Source: an uncultured Verrucomicrobia subdivision 3 bacterium
GTDB lineage: Bacteria; Verrucomicrobiota; Verrucomicrobiia; Limisphaerales; UBA11358
DNA length: 64,000 nucleotides
Assembly: GCA_903827955.1 (NCBI GenBank)
Contig: CAIKKJ010000075.1
Span: 5,147-69,146 of the forward strand
Reading direction: 5' to 3'
Part shown: piece after piece, positions 39,302 through 47,735 of the stretch
Layout: every line of letters begins with the position of its first letter
Position numbering within the stretch: the first letter of the stretch is position 1
Notes under the pieces: generated by a model
Database searches by the model: none
The model's input: only the letters and a program-made list of their open reading frames with translations
What the model was told of the DNA's origin: nothing
Translations under genes and position numbers: made by a program

Positions 39302-41134
39302 TCACGCCTTGACCGGACTCGCTGCTGGAGCCGGAGCGGCGGCTGGCTTCACTTTCACTTCGATGTAAAGGTCGCGCAGCTGCTTCGGTGAAACCTGACT
39401 CGGTGAATCGGTCATCATGCAAGTGCCCTTCGCGGTTTTCGGGAAGGCGATGACGTCGCGGATACTAGACGTGCCACACAGAATCGCGATGAGTCGGTCG
39501 AAGCCCAGAGCGATGCCGCCGTGCGGGGGCGCACCATATTTGAACGCGTCCAGCATGTAGCCGAAACGCAATTTCGTTTCTTCCGGCGGAATGGCGAGCA
39601 GTTCCTCGAAGATGGTTTTCTGCACGTCGGGCTGGTGGATACGAATGGAGCCGCCACCGAGTTCCACGCCGTTCACCACGATGTCGTAGTGCTGGCCGCG
39701 AACTTTCTTCGGGTCGGTCTTGAGCAACGGAACGTCCTCGGCCACGGGCGCGGTGAACGGATGATGGCTGGAATACCAGCGGTTTTGTTCGCGGTCGAAA
39801 CCAAGCAGCGGAAATTCGATGACCCAGAGAAAATTAAATTGTTTCGGATCAATCACCAGCTTGCCCTGCGTCTTCAAAACGTCGGCGCAATACAAACGGA
39901 TCTTGCCGAGAATTTCGCAGGCGTTGAGCCATTGGTCGGCGGCGAACAAAATCAAATCGCCTTCCTGAATCGCCAGCTTCTGTGTGAGCGCGGCCTTCTC
40001 GGCCTCGCTGAAAAATTTCACGATGGGTGATTTCCATTCCCCGTTTTCCACTTTGATGAACGCAAGGCCTTTCGCGCCAAAACTCTTGGCGTATTCGGTC
40101 ATCGTCTCGATCTGGCCTTGCGTCGCGCCGGCCATGCCTTTCGCGTTGAGCGCTTTCACCACGCCGCCGTTGGCGATGGTGCCGCTGAACACTTTGAACG
40201 TGCTCGCTTTGAAATCTTCCGTCATGTCCACCAGCTCCATGCCAAAGCGCGTGTCGGGCTTATCAATGCCGTAGCGGTTCAGCGCTTCCTCGAAAGAGAT
40301 GCGCTTAAACGGCGTCGGCACGTCCATGTTCAACGCCGTTTTCCAGACGCGCTTGAGCAAGCCTTCGATGAGCGGATAAATATCTTCGCGATCAATGAAG
40401 CTCATCTCGATATCTACCTGCGTGAACTCGGGCTGGCGATCCGCGCGCAAATCTTCATCGCGATAGCAGCGGGCGAGTTGGAAATATTTTTCCACGCCGG
40501 CGACCATCAAGATTTGTTTGAACTGCTGCGGCGATTGCGGCAACGCATAAAACGTCCCGGCCTCGCGACGGTTCGGCACAAGAAACTCGCGCGCACCTTC
40601 GGGCGTGGACTTGAAGAGCGTCGGCGTTTCGACTTCGAGGAAGCCTTGTTCGTCCATGTAGCTGCGCGTGGCGATGGCGACTTTGCTGCGGACTTTTAGG
40701 TTGCGCGCCATTTCCGGACGGCGCAGGTCGAGATAGCGATACTGCAAACGCAATTCCTCGTTCACCTTGCTGGCGACTTCGGGATCGTCCACCGCGAACG
40801 GCAGCACTTCCGCCATGTTCAAGACTTCGAACGCGGTGATGCCGACTTCGATTTCGCCGGTGGGGATTTTAGAATTGTTCGTGCCTTCGGGACGGTGACG
40901 CACCTTGCCGGTGAGGCTCACGACGCATTCGCTGCGGAGCGACGCGGCTTGCGTGAAAAGTTCCGGCGTCAAATCGCTCGGATCAAAAACCGTTTGCGTG
41001 CGGCCTTCGCGGTCGCGGATGTCGATGAAGATGAGGCCGCCGAGATCGCGGCGGGAATGGACCCAACCCGAGAGCGTGACGGTTTGCCCGATGTGAGCCG
41101 GGCGCAGTTCGTTGCAATGATGCGTGCGTTTCAT
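39302..41134 (-). CDS. aspS: Aspartate-tRNA ligase (probably non-discriminating Asp/Asn)
   Basis: HSRRDLGGLIF, STPEGAR, LPQSPQ.FKQ, RDED.RADRQPEFTQ, GAPPHGG.A.G.DR; His before RRD and RPEG suggest the non-discriminating type. Confidence 0.96.
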   Translation of the reverse strand: MKRTHHCNELRPAHIGQTVTLSGWVHSRRDLGGLIFIDIRDREGRTQTVFDPSDLTPELFTQAASLRSECVVSLTGKVRHRPEGTNNSKIPTGEIEVGITAFEVLNMAEVLPFAVDDPEVASKVNEELRLQYRYLDLRRPEMARNLKVRSKVAIATRSYMDEQGFLEVETPTLFKSTPEGAREFLVPNRREAGTFYALPQSPQQFKQILMVAGVEKYFQLARCYRDEDLRADRQPEFTQVDIEMSFIDREDIYPLIEGLLKRVWKTALNMDVPTPFKRISFEEALNRYGIDKPDTRFGMELVDMTEDFKASTFKVFSGTIANGGVVKALNAKGMAGATQGQIETMTEYAKSFGAKGLAFIKVENGEWKSPIVKFFSEAEKAALTQKLAIQEGDLILFAADQWLNACEILGKIRLYCADVLKTQGKLVIDPKQFNFLWVIEFPLLGFDREQNRWYSSHHPFTAPVAEDVPLLKTDPKKVRGQHYDIVVNGVELGGGSIRIHQPDVQKTIFEELLAIPPEETKLRFGYMLDAFKYGAPPHGGIALGFDRLIAILCGTSSIRDVIAFPKTAKGTCMMTDSPSQVSPKQLRDLYIEVKVKPAAAPAPAASPVKA

Positions 41135-41229
41135 GAAATTATTCGCCAGAGCGAACAGGAATCTTGGCTGGAAACGCCACAGTTTTCAAAGACTTTTTGC
41201 GTTCGTCAGCGGGTGCGCGCTAGCCGGCA

Positions 41230-41832
41230 TCATTGCGCCCGGACGCGGATGAAGACATTATTGCCGGGCGGCTTGCCGCAGATGACGTCGTTGGTGCCGT
41301 TCGGTGCGGCGTTGGTCTGGACGACGGTGAGGGCAAACCAGTTGGTCGAGGCGAGGTTGGTGTTGTATTCCGGAAAATAGGAAAACGTGTTCGAGCCGGT
41401 AAACTTGAGATTCAAATTGGTGCCGACCGCGAACGTGAGAATTTTCGGCGGCAACGGCGTGGGCGGGTTCACCATCACGATGCTGCCGTTAAAACCATGA
41501 ATGCCGCAGTAGTAGAAGCAATCGGAGGCGTTTGCCGGCACCGCGAACGTGACCGTTCCCGAACTCGTGTTCTCGCCCGTCACGCCGGCTGGAACTGTTC
41601 CAAAAACTGTCGCACCAATTCTAAACGGATGGAAACCAGCCGTGTTCACCGCGAAGGTGTAAGTTTTGCCGCGCTGCAAGGTGATGGTGGGATTTCCGTT
41701 CACGCCATTGATCAAGAAGGCGAATTGTGAACCGGGCGTGGTGACGCTGAAATCCGCCGCCTGCGCTGCGGGCGTAACCGCCGTCAACCACAGCAGGCCA
41801 AAGGTGAATAAAATCAGGTTTTTTAATTTCAT
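41230..41832 (-). CDS. Secreted cupredoxin-like protein with a C-terminal beta domain
   Basis: Signal peptide; NPTITL.RG.TY.F, HPF, YYCGIH. Confidence 0.65.
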   Translation of the reverse strand: MKLKNLILFTFGLLWLTAVTPAAQAADFSVTTPGSQFAFLINGVNGNPTITLQRGKTYTFAVNTAGFHPFRIGATVFGTVPAGVTGENTSSGTVTFAVPANASDCFYYCGIHGFNGSIVMVNPPTPLPPKILTFAVGTNLNLKFTGSNTFSYFPEYNTNLASTNWFALTVVQTNAAPNGTNDVICGKPPGNNVFIRVRAQ

Positions 41833-41933
41833 GGTAAAGTAAGGATGCTTTCATTTCCGATTTGTTCCAGACAATTTCACCCCCAAATTCCGCGATTGAG
41901 TCAGGGGATTTCTTGCGTATCATTCAGCGCTCT

Positions 41934-44900
41934 ATGTCCAGCAGCCGCAGACAATATCCGTTTCACCTGATCGAACCCAAGTGGCAGCAAACTTGGGAGC
42001 AGCAGCAGGCTTTCCGCGCGTTTAATCCGAACGAGGAAATTCCCGCGAACCATCCTTTCGCCGTGCGCCATAAGCTTTCCGGCAAAGTTTCCGCCACGCA
42101 ACTGCCTGAAAAATTTTACATCCTCGACATGTTTCCGTATCCGAGCGGCGCGGGCTTACACGTCGGGCATCCCGAAGGCTATACAGCCACGGACATTCTC
42201 GCGCGCTACCGTCGCGCGTGCGGATTCAACGTGCTGCATCCGATGGGCTGGGATTCGTTCGGTTTGCCTGCCGAGCAATACGCCGTCAAGACCGGCCAGC
42301 ATCCGCGCGTGACGACCGAGGCGAACATCGCCAACTTCACGCGCCAGATCAAGAGTCTCGGCTTCAGCTACGACTGGTCGCGCGAACTCGCCACGACGGA
42401 TGTGGAATATTTCAAGTGGACGCAGTGGATTTTCCTAAAGCTTTACAATTCGTGGTTCAATCCCGAAACGAACAGGGCTGAACCGATTGAAACGCTGAAA
42501 TTTCCGGCAGAATTGGAATCAACGTCGGTGGGGCGAGCGTCCTCGCGAGCCGACGCGTGGGACGGCTCGTCAGTAGCCTCGCCCCACCAAGACCTCGAAT
42601 CGCGCCGCCGCGCTTATCGCGATTCCAAACGCCTCGCCTATGTCAGCGAAGCGCCGGTGAACTGGTGTCCTGAACTCGGCACGGTGCTGGCCAATGAGGA
42701 AGTCATAGACGGCAAGAGCGAAGTCGGCGGCTTTCCAGTCATCCGCAAGCCGATGCGCCAATGGATGCTCCGCATCACCGCCTACGCCGAGAAATTGCTG
42801 GCCGACCTCGACACGATTGACTGGAGCGATTCGCTCAAGGAAATGCAGCGGAACTGGATTGGGGGCAGCGAAGGCGCGGAAGTAGAATTTCGAGCTGGTG
42901 GAAAATATGTTCGGCGCAGCGATAATGCCGAATCAGAATTTCAAATAGGCCCAAAAATTCCAGTGTTCACAACACGTCCAGACACGTTGTGCGGCGCAAC
43001 CTATTTGGTCATGTCGCCAGAAAATAAATTGTTGGATGAAATTGTCGAAGACAAATGGCCGTTTTGGGCATACGCAGAATTGAAAGGAACGTCATTATTT
43101 GGCAAAGAGCCGGCAACGCCAAAGGAAGCTCTGGAATTGTATCGCAAATATGCGGCTTCAAAGAGCGATTTGGAACGAACTGATCTCAATCGAGAAAAAA
43201 CAGGCGTGTATATTGGCGAATCAGCGGTTGAACCCATTCGCGAAAACATAATCCCCATCTTTGTCGCAGATTATGTTTTAGCAAACTACGGGACGGGCGC
43301 AATAATGGCTGTTCCAGCCCACGACGAGCGTGATTGGGAATTTGCGAAAAAATACCGACTGTCAATTCGCGCGGTCGTCATGCCACCGGACGAATGGCTC
43401 ATGAACGCGGTCGGTTCACCGCCGGCGGAATGGTTCACTAACGCATTCAAACTTTTGAACTTGTCAATGGATTCAATGGATTTGCTGACGGCAGCACGGA
43501 AGTTATACGAGCGAGACTGCGGTCTTTTCCCTTATCCGTTTGTTGGAACTGGCACTGCAATTAATTCCAGTGGGACTGATGATCTCCAAGTTAATGGCTT
43601 ATCCACCGCCGAAGCCAAAGCGAAAATCACCGCTTGGCTCGAAGAAAAAAAACTCGGCAAGCGCACCATCAACTACAAATTGCGCGACTGGCTGTTCAGC
43701 CGCCAGCGTTACTGGGGCGAACCGTTCCCGATTGTTTGGAAAAAGGACGCCGCCGGGAATTTGCACCACGAAGCATTGCCGGAAAGTTCGTTGCCACTGT
43801 TGCCGCCGTCGCTCGAAGATTACAAGCCCACTGCCGACGGCCAGCCACCGCTCGCCCGCGCGAAGGATTGGTTGAATCTGCCCGACGGTTCCGTGCGCGA
43901 AACGAACACCATGCCGCAGTGGGCCGGCTCGTGCTGGTATTATTTGCGTTACACCGATGCGAAGAACGTGCAGTCGTTCGTCGGCAAGGATGCGGACAAT
44001 TATTGGATGGCCTCGAATGGCAAGGCGGCGGGCGTGGACCTTTACGTCGGCGGCACGGAACACGCCGTGTTGCATCTGCTTTACGCGCGGTTCTGGCACA
44101 AAGTTTTGTTCGACCTCGGCCACGTTTCGACGCCCGAACCGTTTTACAAACTCGTCAATCAAGGTCTTATCCTCGGCGAGGATATGCAGAAGATGTCCAA
44201 GGCTCGTGGTAATGTGGTGAATCCTGACGCTGTCGTCGAAGAATACGGCGCGGATGCGCTCCGGCTTTACGAGATGTTCATGGGGCCGTTGCAGGACACC
44301 AAGCCATGGAACACCAAGGGCGTCGAAGGCGTCTATCGTTTCCTCGGCCGCGCGTGGCGTTTGTTCGTGGACGAGAAAGCGGAAACGGCTTTTGAACAGG
44401 CTGAGACTACGACTGAACCGTCCAAGCACGCAGAGTTGCTTGATTTAATTTTACTCGATGGCGGCATTACCGACACGGACGCCACGCCCGCGCAACTCAA
44501 GACACTCCACGCCTGCATCAAAAAAGTCACTGAGGATTTGGACGGCATGCGCTTCAACACAGCGATTTCCGCGATGATGGTGTTCATCAACGAGGCGATG
44601 ACGTGGCAGACGAAGCCGTTGTCGGTGATGAAAACTTTTCTGCAACTGCTCGCGCCGTTCGCGCCGCACATCGCGGAAGAATTGTGGGCGCGGCTGCATT
44701 CCACGTTCGGCCAAACCGCGCCGTCACTGGCTTATGCGGTGTGGCCGAAGTTTGATGCGGCTTTGCTCGTCGAAAGCGAGATCGAACTGCCGGTGCAAGT
44801 GAATGGCAAGTTCCGTGACACGATCAAGGTGGCGGTGGACGCCGATAACACAGCCATCGAGGCGGCGGCGAAAGCTTCGGAAAAAGTCCAAACGTTTATC

Positions 44901-44966
44901 GCAGGCAAGGCCATCAAGAAAGTCATCATCGTGCCGAAGCGGATGGTGAATTTAATTGTCGGCTAA
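41934..44966 (+). CDS. leuS: Leucine-tRNA ligase with several insertions
   Basis: MFPYPSGAGLHVGH, TTRPDT, GTGAIMAVPAHD.RD, DWLFSRQRYWGEP, KMSKA, PVQVNGK. Confidence 0.97.
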   Translation: MSSSRRQYPFHLIEPKWQQTWEQQQAFRAFNPNEEIPANHPFAVRHKLSGKVSATQLPEKFYILDMFPYPSGAGLHVGHPEGYTATDILARYRRACGFNVLHPMGWDSFGLPAEQYAVKTGQHPRVTTEANIANFTRQIKSLGFSYDWSRELATTDVEYFKWTQWIFLKLYNSWFNPETNRAEPIETLKFPAELESTSVGRASSRADAWDGSSVASPHQDLESRRRAYRDSKRLAYVSEAPVNWCPELGTVLANEEVIDGKSEVGGFPVIRKPMRQWMLRITAYAEKLLADLDTIDWSDSLKEMQRNWIGGSEGAEVEFRAGGKYVRRSDNAESEFQIGPKIPVFTTRPDTLCGATYLVMSPENKLLDEIVEDKWPFWAYAELKGTSLFGKEPATPKEALELYRKYAASKSDLERTDLNREKTGVYIGESAVEPIRENIIPIFVADYVLANYGTGAIMAVPAHDERDWEFAKKYRLSIRAVVMPPDEWLMNAVGSPPAEWFTNAFKLLNLSMDSMDLLTAARKLYERDCGLFPYPFVGTGTAINSSGTDDLQVNGLSTAEAKAKITAWLEEKKLGKRTINYKLRDWLFSRQRYWGEPFPIVWKKDAAGNLHHEALPESSLPLLPPSLEDYKPTADGQPPLARAKDWLNLPDGSVRETNTMPQWAGSCWYYLRYTDAKNVQSFVGKDADNYWMASNGKAAGVDLYVGGTEHAVLHLLYARFWHKVLFDLGHVSTPEPFYKLVNQGLILGEDMQKMSKARGNVVNPDAVVEEYGADALRLYEMFMGPLQDTKPWNTKGVEGVYRFLGRAWRLFVDEKAETAFEQAETTTEPSKHAELLDLILLDGGITDTDATPAQLKTLHACIKKVTEDLDGMRFNTAISAMMVFINEAMTWQTKPLSVMKTFLQLLAPFAPHIAEELWARLHSTFGQTAPSLAYAVWPKFDAALLVESEIELPVQVNGKFRDTIKVAVDADNTAIEAAAKASEKVQTFIAGKAIKKVIIVPKRMVNLIVG
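42527..42588. repeat. REP-like palindromic element, copy 2 (62 bp, inside leuS)
   Basis: Same two 26-bp arms as 20847-20915 with a 10-nt spacer (acgcgtggga). Confidence 0.92.
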
Positions 44967-45043
44967 AACTTGGTTGAACGGTGAAAGTGTGGATGAAGGT
45001 TGAATTGCACCGGGCAACCTTCTAGTGTGAACTAGAAATTCCC

Positions 45044-45718
45044 ATGAGCAACCCGCCCATCATCCAAGGTTCACCAGTGCTTCAGTCCGACCCGCCGTTA
45101 CGCGGGGCGGTGGCACTCGGTCTCACAGTTTTTCTGATCGTGATGATCATCAGCACCGCGATCACCTTTGTTTTGCCGGAGTCGTATTCCAGCACGGCGC
45201 GAATCAAGGTGGAAATCACGCCGGCGAATCGCGGCCCTAATTTTCTTCAAACCGAATTTGAAGTCATCCAGTCACAAATCGTGTTGAGCAATGTGGTCCG
45301 GCAGTTGAACTTGAACGATTATTGGGGGAAGAAATATTTCAACGGCGAAACCCTCAAGACCACCGAGTCTTTGCAAATCTTGAAAGCCCGATTGAGCTTG
45401 GAAAGTGTTCGTGGCGCCGACCTCATCGCCATCACCGCTTTCAGTGACGACCGGCGGGAAGCCGCCCAAATCGCCAACGCCATTGCCACCGCCTACCAGA
45501 ATTTTTGCAGCGAACGACAAAAGGCCGATGGCGCGAAGCCGCTTGATCCACGCATCATCGCTGATGCGATGGTAATCTTCGTCGACCCCGCTGAACCGGC
45601 TTCCAAGCCGTGCAAACCAAACAAACCACTGAACCTCGCGCTCGGTGCGATAGCGGGCGCTGGTCTCGGTGCCATGGCCGGTGGTTTGCTGCTGCTGTTT
45701 CGGCGCGGACAAAGATAA
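45044..45718 (+). CDS. Small Wzz/GumC-like (polysaccharide co-polymerase domain) membrane protein
   Basis: TM-P..Y.STARI..-TEFEVIQS..VL..V-AA.IANAIA..Y-D.AEP...P.KPNK-TM; no kinase domain. Confidence 0.7.
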   Translation: MSNPPIIQGSPVLQSDPPLRGAVALGLTVFLIVMIISTAITFVLPESYSSTARIKVEITPANRGPNFLQTEFEVIQSQIVLSNVVRQLNLNDYWGKKYFNGETLKTTESLQILKARLSLESVRGADLIAITAFSDDRREAAQIANAIATAYQNFCSERQKADGAKPLDPRIIADAMVIFVDPAEPASKPCKPNKPLNLALGAIAGAGLGAMAGGLLLLFRRGQR

Positions 45719-45808
45719 TTCTGCGAAGTTGCTGTTAGCTGAATTGTCAGAATTAAAAATCAGCCAACCCAATTTTGAAAACCTGGTCAACTCTGTCCAA
45801 GCCTTCGG

Positions 45809-46921
45809 TTACCGGCGCGTCTTGGCGGCGAGTTCCAGAATACCTTCCGCCGCTTCCTCGTCGCCGTTGATTTCAAATTTCGGCGGCATCGGCTTGCGGC
45901 CTACCCACGAATCTTTCGCGTGCATGTCCATCATGCGGTCGAGCAGGTCGGCTTCGGTGACGTGGTAGCCGAGGCCGAGATCTTCGGTCATGCGCGCGTT
46001 GATGAATTGCTCGGCGTGACCCGGCACAGGCAAAACAAACGTCGGCTTGCGAAACGCGAACGCCTCGGACAGCGCGGAGTAACCGCCGTTGATGACGAGC
46101 GCGTCGGCGCGGGCGAGGATCTCGGTGTTGCTCATCAGGCGACCGTGGAATTTCACGTTGCCGTGCGAGTTGCCGTCGCGCCCGACGACGTCCACGTTGA
46201 AGGGGAATTCACGGTTGTCAAAATTCACCAGCGTCGCGTGGACGGAACCGCTCAACATGAAGACGACGTTCTTCAACTGTTTCGGCGAAAGATTTTTCAC
46301 TGGCGTCTGGCCAATGATTTCACGGACGTTTTTCCGCACAATCAAACCAATGCGCTTAAACTTCGGATGCCGCGTGGGTGTTCGTAGCGGATACGGACTC
46401 AAAATCAGGTCGCAAAATTTGCGGTGGAACAGGTAGTCGGAAAATTCCACGAACCAAAAATGGCTGCGGACGCCTTTGGCATCGCGCCGATGCTTGAAGA
46501 ATTCCGTGACGACGACTTCGGAATTATTGATGGCTGCGATGGGAATTCTTTTGCGGCGTAACGGCGCGGTGGCGTATTCGGAGTCCGTCACGGCGATGTC
46601 GGGCTTCACCTCGGCGATGATCTGTTCGAGCTTGGCGCGCTTGGCCTGCGCCAGTTTTGCGAGGTTGCCGACGGTCTTAATCGTGGCCCAGCCGCTCACG
46701 CCGCCGTTGCTGCCGGAATAATAAAACGACGCCATCTCATGCAGCGACGCGATGCCGGGACGGTTGGAAAAATATTTCAACCCGTTGCCGGAGGTCAGCA
46801 CATGGACTTTTACGCCCGCTGCCGCAAGATTTTCGATCACCGCGTGGCATCGCGTGCTATTGCCCATGCCAAGGCCGTTGATGAGGAAAAGACAGGAAAA
46901 GGACACGCGACAGGTTGGCAT
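45809..46921 (-). CDS. GT-B glycosyltransferase (MJ1255/GT28-like)
   Basis: G.GMGN.TR, PD....DSE, INGGY..LSEA, P.PGH.EQ..NA. Confidence 0.75.
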   Translation of the reverse strand: MPTCRVSFSCLFLINGLGMGNSTRCHAVIENLAAAGVKVHVLTSGNGLKYFSNRPGIASLHEMASFYYSGSNGGVSGWATIKTVGNLAKLAQAKRAKLEQIIAEVKPDIAVTDSEYATAPLRRKRIPIAAINNSEVVVTEFFKHRRDAKGVRSHFWFVEFSDYLFHRKFCDLILSPYPLRTPTRHPKFKRIGLIVRKNVREIIGQTPVKNLSPKQLKNVVFMLSGSVHATLVNFDNREFPFNVDVVGRDGNSHGNVKFHGRLMSNTEILARADALVINGGYSALSEAFAFRKPTFVLPVPGHAEQFINARMTEDLGLGYHVTEADLLDRMMDMHAKDSWVGRKPMPPKFEINGDEEAAEGILELAAKTRR

Positions 46922-46963
46922 TGTCCGCTTGACAAAATCAATAAATATTCAGACAAGCCAGCG

Positions 46964-47734
46964 ATGATTATTTGCGCCGACGACTACGGAATGCGCGCGG
47001 ACATTGACCGCGCCATCCTCCAGCTCTGCGATAACGGCAAGCTCGCCGCCGTGTCGTGCATGGTCTTGTTCGAGCGTTGCGACGGCGCGCTGATGGAAAA
47101 AATCCGCGCGCACGAAAGCCGCGTGGACCTCGGCCTGCACTTTTGCCTAACGAATGAAAACCTGCCGCTCTCCGCGCCGCTGGATAAAAACGTGCTGCCG
47201 GAGTTTGGAAAATTATTTCGGCGCGCAATATTCCGGCGATTGAAGCACGAGGAAATTTTATCACTGCTCGCGGCGCAATACGATTTGTTCGTCAAAAAAT
47301 CCGGGCGCGCGCCGGACTACATTGACGGGCATTTGCATTCGCATCAACTGCCGGTGGTGGCGGGCGCGCTGGTGGATTTTGTTAGTCAGTTGCCAACGGA
47401 AAAACGGCCTTACATCCGCAACACGCGGCTTTGCACGCGCGAACTCCAGCGCAAAAATCTGCCGCCCATGAAAGCTGGTTTCATCGGCGCGTTCGGCGCG
47501 CGGCTGGAGAAAAGGCTGCGCGCGGCAGGCATCGCCACGAACGACGGCTTCTCCGGCATCTACGATTTCAAAGAGTGGCGGCGCTACTCGGAATTTTTCC
47601 AAAAGTTCGCCGCGTGCTTGCCGGAGAAAAATGGAATCCTCGTCACGCATCCCGGCTTCGACGAAGACTGGCGGCGCAGCGAATTTGAAACATTGGAAAA
47701 ATTTCCTGGCGGTGCGAATCGCTTTCAGCGCTGA
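46964..47734 (+). CDS. ChbG/HpnK (YdjC) family deacetylase
   Basis: IICADDYG, DLGLH, PDYIDGH.H.H, THPG motifs. Confidence 0.85.
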   Translation: MIICADDYGMRADIDRAILQLCDNGKLAAVSCMVLFERCDGALMEKIRAHESRVDLGLHFCLTNENLPLSAPLDKNVLPEFGKLFRRAIFRRLKHEEILSLLAAQYDLFVKKSGRAPDYIDGHLHSHQLPVVAGALVDFVSQLPTEKRPYIRNTRLCTRELQRKNLPPMKAGFIGAFGARLEKRLRAAGIATNDGFSGIYDFKEWRRYSEFFQKFAACLPEKNGILVTHPGFDEDWRRSEFETLEKFPGGANRFQR

Positions 47735-47735
47735 A

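Noticed and set aside
44991-45023. GAAGGTTG...CAACCTTC inverted repeat after leuS
   Set aside because: An 8-bp stem with a long loop and no U-tract; not distinguishable from chance.
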